Assembly (NCBI GenBank): GCA_965226795.1
Contig: CBDDDZ010000002.1
Location: forward strand, 320,001-384,000
Direction of reading: 5' to 3'
Source of the DNA: Candidatus Latescibacterota bacterium
Lineage (GTDB): Bacteria > Latescibacterota > UBA2968 > GCA-2709665
DNA: 64,000 bases
Translations under genes and position numbers: made by a program
Notes under the pieces: model-generated
The model's database searches: none
Told to the model about the DNA's origin: nothing
Seen by the model: the letters and a program-made list of their open reading frames with translations, nothing else
Shown: piece by piece, positions 8,528 through 20,169 of the stretch
How the letters are laid out: each line of letters starts with the position of its first letter
Position numbering within the stretch: the stretch's first letter is position 1

Positions 8528-11209
8528 GTGACCAGCGGCAGTTTGTTTTACCCGGCCGAGTTGATCGAGAAGGCAAAGCGCAACGCGGAGGACTACGCCT
8601 GGGCGAAGCGGTCGAGGGACCGGATCGTCGAGGCGGCACAGCCGTGGATGGCATTTTCGGACGATGAACTGTGGGACCTGATGTTCGGAAGCACCATCCG
8701 AAGATCCTGGATGGTCTGGTCCAACGGTCGTTGCCCGGCGTGTAAGGAAGGCGTGCCGATGTACAACTGGCGGATCGATGGGTTGCGCCTTCCGTGGAAG
8801 CTTAAGTGTCCACACTGCGAGGAGTTGTTTCCAAAAAACGACTTCCATGCATACTACCGCTCCGGCCTGGACGAACACGGGGTGTTTCAACACGACCTGG
8901 CGGACCGATCGCTTGTGTTCAATACGGAGCATCCGGACCCGGGAGATCCGTTGCACCGGTTTGGCGTGGACGACGGTGAGGGGTTCCGGGACGGCGGAAA
9001 TACCTGGTGGTTCGTCGGCACGTACCTGGTTTACGGGCAATGGAAGCAGGTGGTGCATGGCGGGATCAGGGCGCTCGCCGCGGCTTACGCGGCAACCGGT
9101 GAGACCGGGTATGCACACCGGGCGGGTGTGCTGCTGGACCGCGTGGCGGATCTGTATACGACGTTTAATTTTAAAGATCAGGCGATGATGTACGAAGGAC
9201 CGGCCCACGCCGGGTACGTGTCCACCTGGCACGATGCGTGCGAGGAGGCCCGGGAACTGGCGCAGGCTTACGACCAGGTTCGAGATGCGCTGCGGGTCGA
9301 TGAAGCGCTGGCGGGTTTTTTGAGCGAAAAAGCCGCGAAGTATGGCATCGAGGCGAGCAAGGCATCTTCGGAGGACGTGACGCGCCATATCGAGGCGGGA
9401 ATATTGCAGGATACGGTTGTGAACCACGATCGTATCCGGTCCAACTATCCCCGCAAGGAAATCGCGCTGATTACGATTTATTCGGTCCTGGACTGGGAGG
9501 GAAACAGGGAAAAGGTGTACGGGTTGATCGACGAGATGATGGAACGCGCGACGGCGGTGGACGGGGTGACGGGCGAAAAGGGCCTCGCGGGATACTGTTC
9601 AGGAGTGATACAAAGCCTGGCGCAGTTTCTGGCGCGGTTCAGCCGGGTGGACGCGGATTTTCTGCGGGATATGCTGAAACGACATCCAAAGCTGGGGCAG
9701 ACCTATCGGTTTCATATCGATACGTGGTGCCTTCAACAATACTATCCCCAGGTGGGCGACACGGGATCTTACGCGGCGAAGGTCGATAACTACGTGGGGG
9801 TCTCCTTTACGAAGGATCCCGGACTGGAACCGTCGATGTACGCGTTTCTGTTGCGTCTTTACCGTGAAACGGGCGACGCGGCCTATGTCCAGGCTCTGTT
9901 CCAGGCCAACGGGAATACCGTGGAGGAGTTGCCGCGCGATCTGTTTGCAGACGATCCGGCGGCATTTCAGAACGAGGTGCAGACCGTTATCGACGCTCAC
10001 GGGACGGAGATCGAACAGGCCAGCGTCAACAAGACGGAATGGCGGCTGGCCGTCCTGCGGTCGGGCCGGGGCGACAGCCGCCGCGCAGCGTGGCTGGACT
10101 ACGATTCGGGCGGGCCGCACGGGCATGCCGATGGGATGAACCTGGGGTTGTTCGCAATGGGCCTGGACCTGATGCCGGATTTCGGATACCCGCCGGTACA
10201 TTACGGCGGCTGGAGCGGTCCGAAATTTCACTGGTACGTGAGTACGGCGAGCCACAACACCGTGGTCGTGGACGGAAAGGACCAGGAGCGCCCATCGGAC
10301 GGTGAATCGAGTTTGTGGGCGGATGGCCAGCAGTTTCGGGCAATCCGGACGAATGGTCCCGCGCTTTACCGGATTGCGCGGTATGAGCGCACGGTGGTGA
10401 TGGTGGACGTCTCGGAGGACAGCAGCTACCTCCTTGACGTGTTTCGCGTTGTGGGCGGGCGGGACCACGCGAAGTTCATGCACAGTCATTTCGGCCGGAT
10501 TTCGACGCGGGGACTTTCGCTGGCGCCGGCTGCGGATTACGGGTACGAAACGCAGATGCGGAACTTCATGCGCGATCAGGACCCGGCCTTGGGATGGCAC
10601 GTGGATTGGAGGGTCGAGGATCGGTTCGGATATCTGGAGGGGAACAGGAACATTCACCTGCGGTATACCGACCTGACCGATGGCGCGGAGGTCTCTACGG
10701 CAGAGGCGTGGGTTGCGCTGCGCGGCTTTGGCGGCAATGAGACGGCACGGATTCCCAGGGTGATGGTGCGGCGGCAGTCGGATGCCGATCCGCTGGCGTC
10801 CACGTTCGTGGGGGTCATCGAAGCCTATGACGGGGCACCCGTGATATCCGGCGTTCGGCGTCTGAACCTGGGTGGAGCCAACGGTGGGGGGAGTCAAGTG
10901 GCGGACGTGGCAGTGGAAATCGAACTCGCGGATGGGCGGCGGGACGTGATTCTCGCCGCGGACGTGGAAAACACGGGGCGGGACGGCGGACAGATGGTGC
11001 AAAACGCTCGGGGCATTCGGACCAACGCGGAGTTGTGCGTGGTTCGACAGGGCAACGATGGAGGTGTGCTGTCTATCGCGATTTGCAGTGGCAAAACCGT
11101 ACACGTTGGCGATACCACACTCGACCTGAAAGAGGAAACGAATTTCGTCGAGGTGCGCTTTGATGCCGGTGCCCCAACGATTGTCGCCGGAGACGGAGTT
11201 TTGCAATAA
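8528..11209 (+). CDS. Heparinase II/III family protein
   Basis: DYDSGGPHGHADGMNLGLF..DFGYP and SHNTVVVDG; CPAC..CPHC insert; GTG start after GAGGAGG. Confidence 0.82.
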   Translation: MTSGSLFYPAELIEKAKRNAEDYAWAKRSRDRIVEAAQPWMAFSDDELWDLMFGSTIRRSWMVWSNGRCPACKEGVPMYNWRIDGLRLPWKLKCPHCEELFPKNDFHAYYRSGLDEHGVFQHDLADRSLVFNTEHPDPGDPLHRFGVDDGEGFRDGGNTWWFVGTYLVYGQWKQVVHGGIRALAAAYAATGETGYAHRAGVLLDRVADLYTTFNFKDQAMMYEGPAHAGYVSTWHDACEEARELAQAYDQVRDALRVDEALAGFLSEKAAKYGIEASKASSEDVTRHIEAGILQDTVVNHDRIRSNYPRKEIALITIYSVLDWEGNREKVYGLIDEMMERATAVDGVTGEKGLAGYCSGVIQSLAQFLARFSRVDADFLRDMLKRHPKLGQTYRFHIDTWCLQQYYPQVGDTGSYAAKVDNYVGVSFTKDPGLEPSMYAFLLRLYRETGDAAYVQALFQANGNTVEELPRDLFADDPAAFQNEVQTVIDAHGTEIEQASVNKTEWRLAVLRSGRGDSRRAAWLDYDSGGPHGHADGMNLGLFAMGLDLMPDFGYPPVHYGGWSGPKFHWYVSTASHNTVVVDGKDQERPSDGESSLWADGQQFRAIRTNGPALYRIARYERTVVMVDVSEDSSYLLDVFRVVGGRDHAKFMHSHFGRISTRGLSLAPAADYGYETQMRNFMRDQDPALGWHVDWRVEDRFGYLEGNRNIHLRYTDLTDGAEVSTAEAWVALRGFGGNETARIPRVMVRRQSDADPLASTFVGVIEAYDGAPVISGVRRLNLGGANGGGSQVADVAVEIELADGRRDVILAADVENTGRDGGQMVQNARGIRTNAELCVVRQGNDGGVLSIAICSGKTVHVGDTTLDLKEETNFVEVRFDAGAPTIVAGDGVLQ

Positions 11210-11251
11210 TAGACGGGAACCACCTCCGTGTCTCAGAGGAGTGGCAGCACA

Positions 11252-13168
11252 ATGAAATCCGAACCGGAGTACGGAACTGTCGTTGCCACGAACGTCATGG
11301 TGCCCATGCGGGACGGCGTACGGTTGGCAACGGATGTGTACCGTCCTGCTTTTGAGGGGGAATCCGCGCCCGGCAGATTTCCGGCGATTCTCGGTCGGAC
11401 GTCGTATGACAAGAGCAGCCCGCAGATGTGGGTTGAACCCGTGGGGACGTATTTTGCAAGGCATGGGTACGTGGCGGTGATCCAGGACCTGAGGGGCCGG
11501 CACCGGTCGGAGGGCACCGGGCAATACTTCCATACCGCCAATCCGGACGAGGGCCGGGACGGCTACGACACGGTGGCCTGGATAGCAGAACAGCCCTGGT
11601 CGAACGGACGGGTGGGCACGGTGGGAAGTTCGCACGGGGCGATCGTCCAGGCGGTAATGGCGCTGTACCGGCCGCCGAGTCTGACGGCGATGTGGCAGGA
11701 CGTAGGGCCGACCAATATGTACGCGCATTGCTCCCGCGAGGGAGGTGCGATGGCGCTCCACATGTTCGGAGCCCTGTTCCTGCACGGGCACGACGCCCAG
11801 GAGATCAGCGACAAACCCGCCGCCGTGCAGGCGTTCGTGGACGCCATGGAGCGGATGAGAGACCTTGTTTATTCCACGCCGTTCAAGCCGGGGGACACGC
11901 CCCTGGCCCTGGTACCCAATCTCGAACGTGTGCTGTTCGATTATTACCATCGCGGCGAGTACGACGAGTTCTGGCAGCAGGACTGCTGCGACCAGGAACG
12001 CCATTTCGACCGGCACGGCGATATTCCTTCCGTCTTCAGCGGGGGCTGGTACGATCCCTTCGCGGGTGCGACCACGAACTATTTCGCGACCATGTCGAAA
12101 CAGAACCGGACGCCCCAGCGGCTGCTGATGGGCCCGTGGAACCATGGCGGCATACGCGGAGCGGGTGATACGTTTGCGGGCGACGTGGATTTCGGACCCG
12201 ATTCGGCGTGGGGAGACGATGTGTACAACCGCGAGCGGCTGCGCTGGTTCGACCGCTGGCTGAAGGATGTTTCCAATGACGTGGACGACGATCCCCCCGT
12301 GCGTATTTTCGTAATGGGAGGAGGCGATGGCCGGCGGAACCGGGAGGGCCGCCTGAACCATGGCGGCGCGTGGCGGCCGGAGCGGCAGTGGCCGCTTGCC
12401 CGTACAATGTACACGGCGTACTATTTCCAAGGCGGCGGCCTCTGCCCGGAAACCCCAGCTGTGGACGGAGCGCCGGCGTGTTATCGGCACGACCCGGTCC
12501 ACCCGGTACCCACCATCGCGGGAAACGTGACGGGTTTCTACGAGATGGTGCCGCTGGGCGACGGGATGGTCGCGAGGTATACGCCCCCGAGAGCAAGGAT
12601 GCGCAGCATTGTGCTGGACGGCGCGGCCCACCAGCAGGAGGCGCCGGGAATCGTAGGCGCCGAACCGCCGTACCCGCCCCTGGCGTCCCGGGGGGACGTG
12701 CTGGTCTTTCAGACGGACCCGCTGAAGGAGGACGTCGAGGTGACCGGCCCGCTTGCGGTGAATCTCTGGATCTCTTCCTCTGCCGTGGACACGGACTTTA
12801 CCGCGAAGCTGATCGACGTCTATCCTCCAGGCGAAGACTATCCGTCGGGCTATCACATGAATCTGGTCGATTCAATTATCCGCACGCGCTATCGAAATGG
12901 ATGGGAGACGCCGGAAATGATGACGCCCGGTGAGGTATATCCCGTGAGGATCGATCTTCCCCCGACCAGCAATCTTTTCAAACGCGGCCATCGGATCCGC
13001 GTGGATATCTCCAGCAGCAATTTTCCACGATTCGACGTGAATCCGAATACCGGCGAGCCCGTGGGACGGCATACGCATTCGATTGTAGCCCGCAATACTG
13101 TTTATCTGGATCCGACGCGGCCTTCCCACATTGTGTTGCCGATCATTCCGTCGACAGAGGGAGGTTGA
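11252..13168 (+). CDS. CocE/NonD family hydrolase (S15-like)
   Basis: VPMRDGVRLATDVYRP, QDLRGRHRSEG, GSSHGA nucleophile, GPWNHG, DISSSNFPRFDVNPNTG. Confidence 0.92.
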   Translation: MKSEPEYGTVVATNVMVPMRDGVRLATDVYRPAFEGESAPGRFPAILGRTSYDKSSPQMWVEPVGTYFARHGYVAVIQDLRGRHRSEGTGQYFHTANPDEGRDGYDTVAWIAEQPWSNGRVGTVGSSHGAIVQAVMALYRPPSLTAMWQDVGPTNMYAHCSREGGAMALHMFGALFLHGHDAQEISDKPAAVQAFVDAMERMRDLVYSTPFKPGDTPLALVPNLERVLFDYYHRGEYDEFWQQDCCDQERHFDRHGDIPSVFSGGWYDPFAGATTNYFATMSKQNRTPQRLLMGPWNHGGIRGAGDTFAGDVDFGPDSAWGDDVYNRERLRWFDRWLKDVSNDVDDDPPVRIFVMGGGDGRRNREGRLNHGGAWRPERQWPLARTMYTAYYFQGGGLCPETPAVDGAPACYRHDPVHPVPTIAGNVTGFYEMVPLGDGMVARYTPPRARMRSIVLDGAAHQQEAPGIVGAEPPYPPLASRGDVLVFQTDPLKEDVEVTGPLAVNLWISSSAVDTDFTAKLIDVYPPGEDYPSGYHMNLVDSIIRTRYRNGWETPEMMTPGEVYPVRIDLPPTSNLFKRGHRIRVDISSSNFPRFDVNPNTGEPVGRHTHSIVARNTVYLDPTRPSHIVLPIIPSTEGG

Positions 13169-13171
13169 GCG

Positions 13172-13305
13172 TTGCCGGACAATAGCAGAAAGATCCGGCT
13201 GACCACGGCCCAGGCGCTGGTGACATACCTGACGGTACAGTACAGCGAGCGGGACGGGGGGAACGGTGGCTGATCCCGTGGATGTTCGGCATCTTCGGAC
13301 ACGGA
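13172..13305 (+). pseudogene. iolD: IolD (THcHDO hydrolase) N-terminal remnant, frameshifted and truncated
   Basis: GGAGG RBS and TTG; KIRLTTAQALVTYLTVQYSERDG, then after a shift in a G6 run ERWLIPWMFGIFGHG, matching the IolD N-terminal signature. Confidence 0.8.
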
Positions 13306-13385
13306 CCCGTGGCCGTTTCGGGAATGGGTGTTCTGACCGCTGAAAGCTAAAGGCTGAAAGTTTTTTCGGACAGGGAGACGATAAG

Positions 13386-14183
13386 ATGGCAACGAGCGAA
13401 CCGACGGTGCAGAGGTTGTTCGACTTGAGCGGAAAGGTGGCGCTGGTGACGGGAGGAACGGGGTTTCTGGGGTCGGCGTTCGCCAGGGCGCTGGCCGAGG
13501 CGGGGGCCAGGGTCGTCATCAGCAGCCGGGATCGCAGCCGCGCCGAGGCGGCGGTGGCGGCGTTGCCCAGCGACGCCTCGCACTTGGGGGTCGAGCTGGA
13601 TCATATGGATGGGGGATCCATCGAGGCCGGCTTCGCCGAGGCGGTGGAAGCGACCGGACAGATCGACGTTCTGGTCAACAACGGGCACGAGGGCCTGTTG
13701 AACGACTGGTCGGACGTAACACACGAGCAGTTCGCGCGGCAACAGGCAAATGTGGCCGGCTATTTCACGCTTGCCCGGCTGGTGCGAAACGACGCCGTGG
13801 AACGCGGCGCGCCCGCGAGTATTGTGATGCTCGGGTCCATGTACGGCCAGGTGGCGTCCTATCCCGACGCGTACGCGGGTGTATGTCCGGCCAGCCCTGC
13901 GGCCTATCACGCGCTGAAGGGCGGGATCATCCATGTGACGCGTCACCTGGCGGTCTACTGGGCGGGTGACCGCGTGCGGGTGAATTGTCTCAGCCCGGGG
14001 CCGTTTCCCAACATGAGCAAGGCGCCGGCCGAGATGGTGGACCGGCTGTGTACAAAGAGTCCGATGGGACGCATGGGAGAACCGCACGAACTGAAGGGGG
14101 CGATCGTGTTTCTGGCCAGTGACGCGAGCAGCTACATGACCGGGCAGAATTTGACGATTGACGGCGGATGGACCGCGTGGTAG
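13386..14183 (+). CDS. SDR family oxidoreductase
   Basis: TGGTGFLG, YHALKGG, VRVNCLSPG, YMTGQNLTIDGGW. Confidence 0.92.
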   Translation: MATSEPTVQRLFDLSGKVALVTGGTGFLGSAFARALAEAGARVVISSRDRSRAEAAVAALPSDASHLGVELDHMDGGSIEAGFAEAVEATGQIDVLVNNGHEGLLNDWSDVTHEQFARQQANVAGYFTLARLVRNDAVERGAPASIVMLGSMYGQVASYPDAYAGVCPASPAAYHALKGGIIHVTRHLAVYWAGDRVRVNCLSPGPFPNMSKAPAEMVDRLCTKSPMGRMGEPHELKGAIVFLASDASSYMTGQNLTIDGGWTAW

Positions 14184-14255
14184 ATCCTGAAGCGTACAGA
14201 TTTCACGCACCATCGCTAACGGGACCCCGCGACCGCCCGTTCAGGAGGATCGGGG

Positions 14256-15608
14256 ATGCATAAACAGAACACAATGCCTGCGGCGCATTCGGTCGCCCGG
14301 TCAATGGCCGTGTACGAGCGGGCGCTTGAGGTGATTCCGGGCGTGACGCAGTTGCTGAGCCGGCGTCCGACACAGGCGGCCCTGGGGGTGAGCCCGGTTT
14401 ACGCAGCCAGAGCCAAAGGATGCCGGATCTGGGACGTCGACGGCAACGAGTACGTCGATTGGATGAGCGGCGTGGGTCCGATCATATTGGGCTACGCTGA
14501 CGAGGTCGTGGATGCGGCGGTTAAAGAACAGATCGAGCGCGGCGGCATCTGCAGCATTGTGCACGAAAGCGCCGTGGAACTGGCCGAGGAACTGGTGCGG
14601 CTGATTCCGTCGGCGGAGATGGTGCGTTACGCGAAAGGAGGGGGCGAAGCGTGTACCGTGGCGGTACGGATCGCGCGCGGGGTGACGGGCAAGGACAGGG
14701 TGCTGTTCTGCGGATACCACGGATGGCACGATTGGTACCTGGCGGCGAATCTGGGCGAGGAACGGCTCGACCGCCACCTCAGGCCGGGAATCGAGCCGAT
14801 CGGCGTGCCGCAGGTGCTGGAAGGGACCACAGTTCCGTTCGAGTACGGCGACCTGCAGATGCTGGAGGATCTGCTGAAGGCGCACGGAAACGAGTTTGCG
14901 TGCATTATGATGGAACCGATGCGCACGGAATTGCCGCCTCCCGGGTATCTGGAGGGGGTGCGCGCGTTGGCAACGAAGTATGGAGTGGTACTTATTTTTG
15001 ACGAAGTGTCTTCCGGATTCCGAATTGCGCTGGGCGGGGTGCAGGAGTATACGGGCGTGGTACCGGATCTGTCGGTGTTCGCAAAGGCGATTTCAAACGG
15101 GTACCCGATGGCTGCCGTGGTTGGTAGACGGGAGGTGATGGAACCGGTTTCGAGGATGTTTATTTCCAGTGCCTACTGGGACGATCCCATCGGAACCGTG
15201 GCCGCCTTGACGACCCTGAGAGAACTGGAGCGGAGGGATGCGGTGACGCATTTCGAGCGTGTAGGGGCATCGTTCAAGGAGAGGATCAACCGGGCAGCGC
15301 GAGAAGCGGGAGCACCCGCCGAATGCGTCGGCGTTGCCGCTCACCCGGGCATCCGGTTTCACGTTAAGGATTCCGAGACGGCCAGGAAGGTGACGACGCT
15401 GTTTGTCCAGGAGAATGCAAAACGAGGGCTGATCCTGTCCACGGGCTTCTTCTTCAACTGCGCGCACGACGAGGCCGCCCTGGACCACACGGAGGCAGTG
15501 GTGCGGGAGAGTTTCGCGGTGATCAGAGACGGGTTGGAGAATAGGCGGCTGGATGAGTTGCTGGAGTGCGAAATGCGGGAGGACCTGTTCAGGCGGTTGG
15601 TGAGATGA
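14256..15608 (+). CDS. Class III PLP-dependent aminotransferase (GSA aminomutase-like)
   Basis: WDVDGNEYVD, GYHGWHDW, LIFDEVSSGFR, FAKAISNGYP. Confidence 0.9.
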   Translation: MHKQNTMPAAHSVARSMAVYERALEVIPGVTQLLSRRPTQAALGVSPVYAARAKGCRIWDVDGNEYVDWMSGVGPIILGYADEVVDAAVKEQIERGGICSIVHESAVELAEELVRLIPSAEMVRYAKGGGEACTVAVRIARGVTGKDRVLFCGYHGWHDWYLAANLGEERLDRHLRPGIEPIGVPQVLEGTTVPFEYGDLQMLEDLLKAHGNEFACIMMEPMRTELPPPGYLEGVRALATKYGVVLIFDEVSSGFRIALGGVQEYTGVVPDLSVFAKAISNGYPMAAVVGRREVMEPVSRMFISSAYWDDPIGTVAALTTLRELERRDAVTHFERVGASFKERINRAAREAGAPAECVGVAAHPGIRFHVKDSETARKVTTLFVQENAKRGLILSTGFFFNCAHDEAALDHTEAVVRESFAVIRDGLENRRLDELLECEMREDLFRRLVR

Positions 15609-15668
15609 CGCCTGGACGAGGATCTCCGTTATTTCGCCTGGTTTGCGCGCGTCGGAAGGATTTTCCGA

Positions 15669-17183
<1,515 letters not shown>

Positions 17184-17306
17184 TCAAAGACCGGGCGAAT
17201 ATAAACAGAAACAGGAGTTCCGTAAAGAGTAAATTTCGTCAGAGAACGCGCCCCCTCGACCTGCGCCTGAGTTTCAATCGGCGCTTCGGTTGGCGCTGGA
17301 AAGTTT

Positions 17307-18429
17307 CTATCGCTGCTGCTTCAGATGAATGCTTCCATTCATGCTTCGCAGCTTCACAACGGCATCGCCGCCGTCGCCCACGGTACCTTCGAGGCGATTC
17401 CTGGTTCTGTGACCGACCGAGATAGGGAAATCGGCATGCACGCGCCCATTGCCGGTTACCGCGTCGACGCTGCCCGAAAATTCGGCAGGAAGCGTCAATT
17501 TGACGGAGCCGTTGTTCGTGGATGCAGTTACGGGACCTAGACCTTCACCCACGTTCATTTGTATCGATCCATTGGTGGTTGACAACTTCGCGGCGTCGAC
17601 GAGCCGATCGGCGTTGATTGAGATCGAGCCGTTGACTGTTTGCGCTTCAATCGGGCCTGTTTCACCTTCCAGTTGCACCGAGCCATTGACGCTTTCCGCA
17701 TTGACCGCGCCATCGATTCCTTGGGATTTGATGCTTCCCTGGACGGTGCTGAGACGCACGGCCACCGCCCGTGGCGTCGAGATTTCGTAGCGAATGACGA
17801 CATTGACGCCGCTGGGCGGTGTGGGATGTTCGGCAATAACCCGAAGCTCATCTCCGACCTGTTCGGCGCGGACTTCGACTTCCCGCTCGAAATCTTCCGT
17901 TACGGAGCGTCTCCCGTGAACCGCTTTCCAGGCGCGGACAACGATCCGTTCGCTGTCTGTGCCTTTGAGCGAGATCGAGCCGTTGGCGGTTTCCGCGCGG
18001 ATCCTGGCAATGCCGGCCGCATCGAACGTCCATTCCTGTAAATCCCCGCCATGCCGTTCTCTGTTGCGTGTTCCCCCGCCTGCCGTGGTATCGGAGACCG
18101 AAGATGCCACCTGATCGACCGCGTCGTTCACGATCTTCCCGATGTCCTGCCACTGCACCGATTCTGACGCTTTGCCCACCTCGTTGCCCGCTTCGTCGAG
18201 CGCACGCTATCTCTCGTCCGACTTCGCTGAAGACCTCCGTGAACCTGTCGAAGGTCCGTCTCCCCGTCTCCGGCCCGCTATCTTCGGTTTCAGGTCCTTT
18301 GCCCGCGTCGGACGGCTCGTCGAACGCACGCAATAACACGAGAATAAGGTGAAAGGGTATCTCGGCCTCTTCGGGGTTGATTTTTCCCTCGGAAAGCATT
18401 TTGAGGATTTCAAATCGAGATATTATCAA
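17307..18429 (-). pseudogene. DUF4097 beta-strand repeat protein with SHOCT-like N-terminus, split by a frameshift near 18208
   Basis: EILKMLSEGKINPEEAE in one frame; RALDEAGNEVGK plus repeated T/S-x-NGSI units in another frame. Confidence 0.72.
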
Positions 18430-18744
18430 TATGTCAATATATATGTATAAAATAATTCAAAATACTCATTATTGAGTAATAAATATAAAACAATATACAA
18501 ATTATTTAATTTACCTTCGACCCCCAAAGAGTTCAGTGGGAGGAAATCCGTTACCGCCGGTAACGTGACGTCAGTTAGATGTGGGTTTTCGCTGCGATCC
18601 GGCGGCGGCGATCGGGTTGACGTTGGGTAGAGATACCTGGTGTGATGGCCCGATGTGGGTAGGTGCGATATTTTCGGGGACGGTTGTTCCGTCGATCTGA
18701 AACGAGCCGTATCGGATTGGAGATGCAAGGGAGGCTGGAGGTCG

Positions 18745-19923
18745 ATGGGATCCGACGATCTCGAATATGCGATGTTCTCCCGTGAGGAGATGGAGCGAAG
18801 GTATGCCCGCGCGCGGGTGGAGATGGACCGCCGCGCGCTGGACGCGCTGTTCGTCACCGGCGAGGAGAACTTTCAGTATTTCGCCGGCACGGCGGCGAGC
18901 GTGGCCCTTCACGCGTCGCTGACCCGACCGTCGGTCTTTGTCCTGCCCCGGGACGGGGAGCCGATCGTTGTCACGCAGGGGCAGGACAATCTGGCGCTGG
19001 GATCCTACGTGACCGACGTGCGGGGGTACGGAGAGTTGTTTGAGTTTCCGCTAGCGGTCGCGATACAGGCGTTGCGGGACGCGGGAGCGTCCGGAGGGTC
19101 CGTGGGTGTGGAATTGGGACAGGAACAGCGGATTGGGATTCCGGTAGGGGCATATCAGGATCTGACGGGCGCGTTTCCCGATGTCGCGTTCGTGGACGCG
19201 GCGCAGGTGATCGTGAAATTACGGATGGTGAAGTCGGAGGAAGAGTTAGCGTATATCCGGCAGGCAGGGGAAGTGACCGCAAGGGCCCGCCAGCGGCTGT
19301 TCGGGATGATCCGACCCGGGATGACGGAACGGGAGGCCACCCGCCTGATGCGGCGGTTGAATCTGGAAGAAGGCGGCGATGGGACTTCGTTTGTCATGTT
19401 GCTGCTGGGTATTCCGGGATCGAGGAACCCGTTCGGTTACGATAGGCCGTTGGAAGCAGGCCAGGTTGTCGGTGTGGATACAGGCGCCCGCGTGGGTATG
19501 TATACGGTTGACTATACACGCTGGGTCGTCCTGGGTCGGGCGACGGACACGTTGAAACGGATGTACGACGCCCTGCTGGAGGTGAATCGTACGATGGCGG
19601 CGGCCCTCGGCCCCGGCGTGAGATGCTCCGAAATCTACCGGGTGGGAATGGAGGCGATCCACAACGCGTGTTCGAAGACGAATGCAATGAACCGGTTCGG
19701 ACCTTCCCGGATGGGTCACGGGCAGGGCATGCTGGTGACCGAGCCGCCGAGCATTCATCCTGACGATTCGAAACCTCTGGAACCCGGAATGGTTCTGAGC
19801 ACAGAGCCGGGGTTGACTGCGGAAGGCGTTCAGATGCTGTGGGAGGATGTTTTCGTGATTTCGGAGAATGGGTGCGAAAAGGTTACGCTCGAGAGCGACG
19901 AACTGAGCGAGGTTCTGCCCTGA
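18745..19923 (+). CDS. M24 family (Xaa-Pro peptidase-like) protein
   Basis: LRMVKSEEE, VDTG..VDYTR, GHGQG, TEPG, WEDV; GGAGG RBS. Confidence 0.88.
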   Translation: MGSDDLEYAMFSREEMERRYARARVEMDRRALDALFVTGEENFQYFAGTAASVALHASLTRPSVFVLPRDGEPIVVTQGQDNLALGSYVTDVRGYGELFEFPLAVAIQALRDAGASGGSVGVELGQEQRIGIPVGAYQDLTGAFPDVAFVDAAQVIVKLRMVKSEEELAYIRQAGEVTARARQRLFGMIRPGMTEREATRLMRRLNLEEGGDGTSFVMLLLGIPGSRNPFGYDRPLEAGQVVGVDTGARVGMYTVDYTRWVVLGRATDTLKRMYDALLEVNRTMAAALGPGVRCSEIYRVGMEAIHNACSKTNAMNRFGPSRMGHGQGMLVTEPPSIHPDDSKPLEPGMVLSTEPGLTAEGVQMLWEDVFVISENGCEKVTLESDELSEVLP

Positions 19924-20169
19924 AGGGTCGATGTCTGTTGATATTGTGGACGCGATAGTTTAGCTTGTGGAAGACCCGCGGGCTCCCACGGACCGGCGGT
20001 ACATCAGGGATCGAACACACCTGGTAAGCCTCGATCCGTCCACCGTGGAAAAACAGAGACGCATCCTTCGGACGGCCGGTGCGTGGAATGACAGGTGAAC
20101 TGCGTGATGCGTTGCCGTCGCATCGGATTCCATTTCGATCCGGGATCTTGAGATTCCTGGGAGCATCAT

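Noticed and set aside
9599..12856. 1085-aa minus-strand ORF and similar long antisense ORFs (e.g. 1856-3160, 41864-42940)
   Set aside because: Antisense shadows of well-supported GC-rich genes; Arg/His/Pro-rich with no motifs
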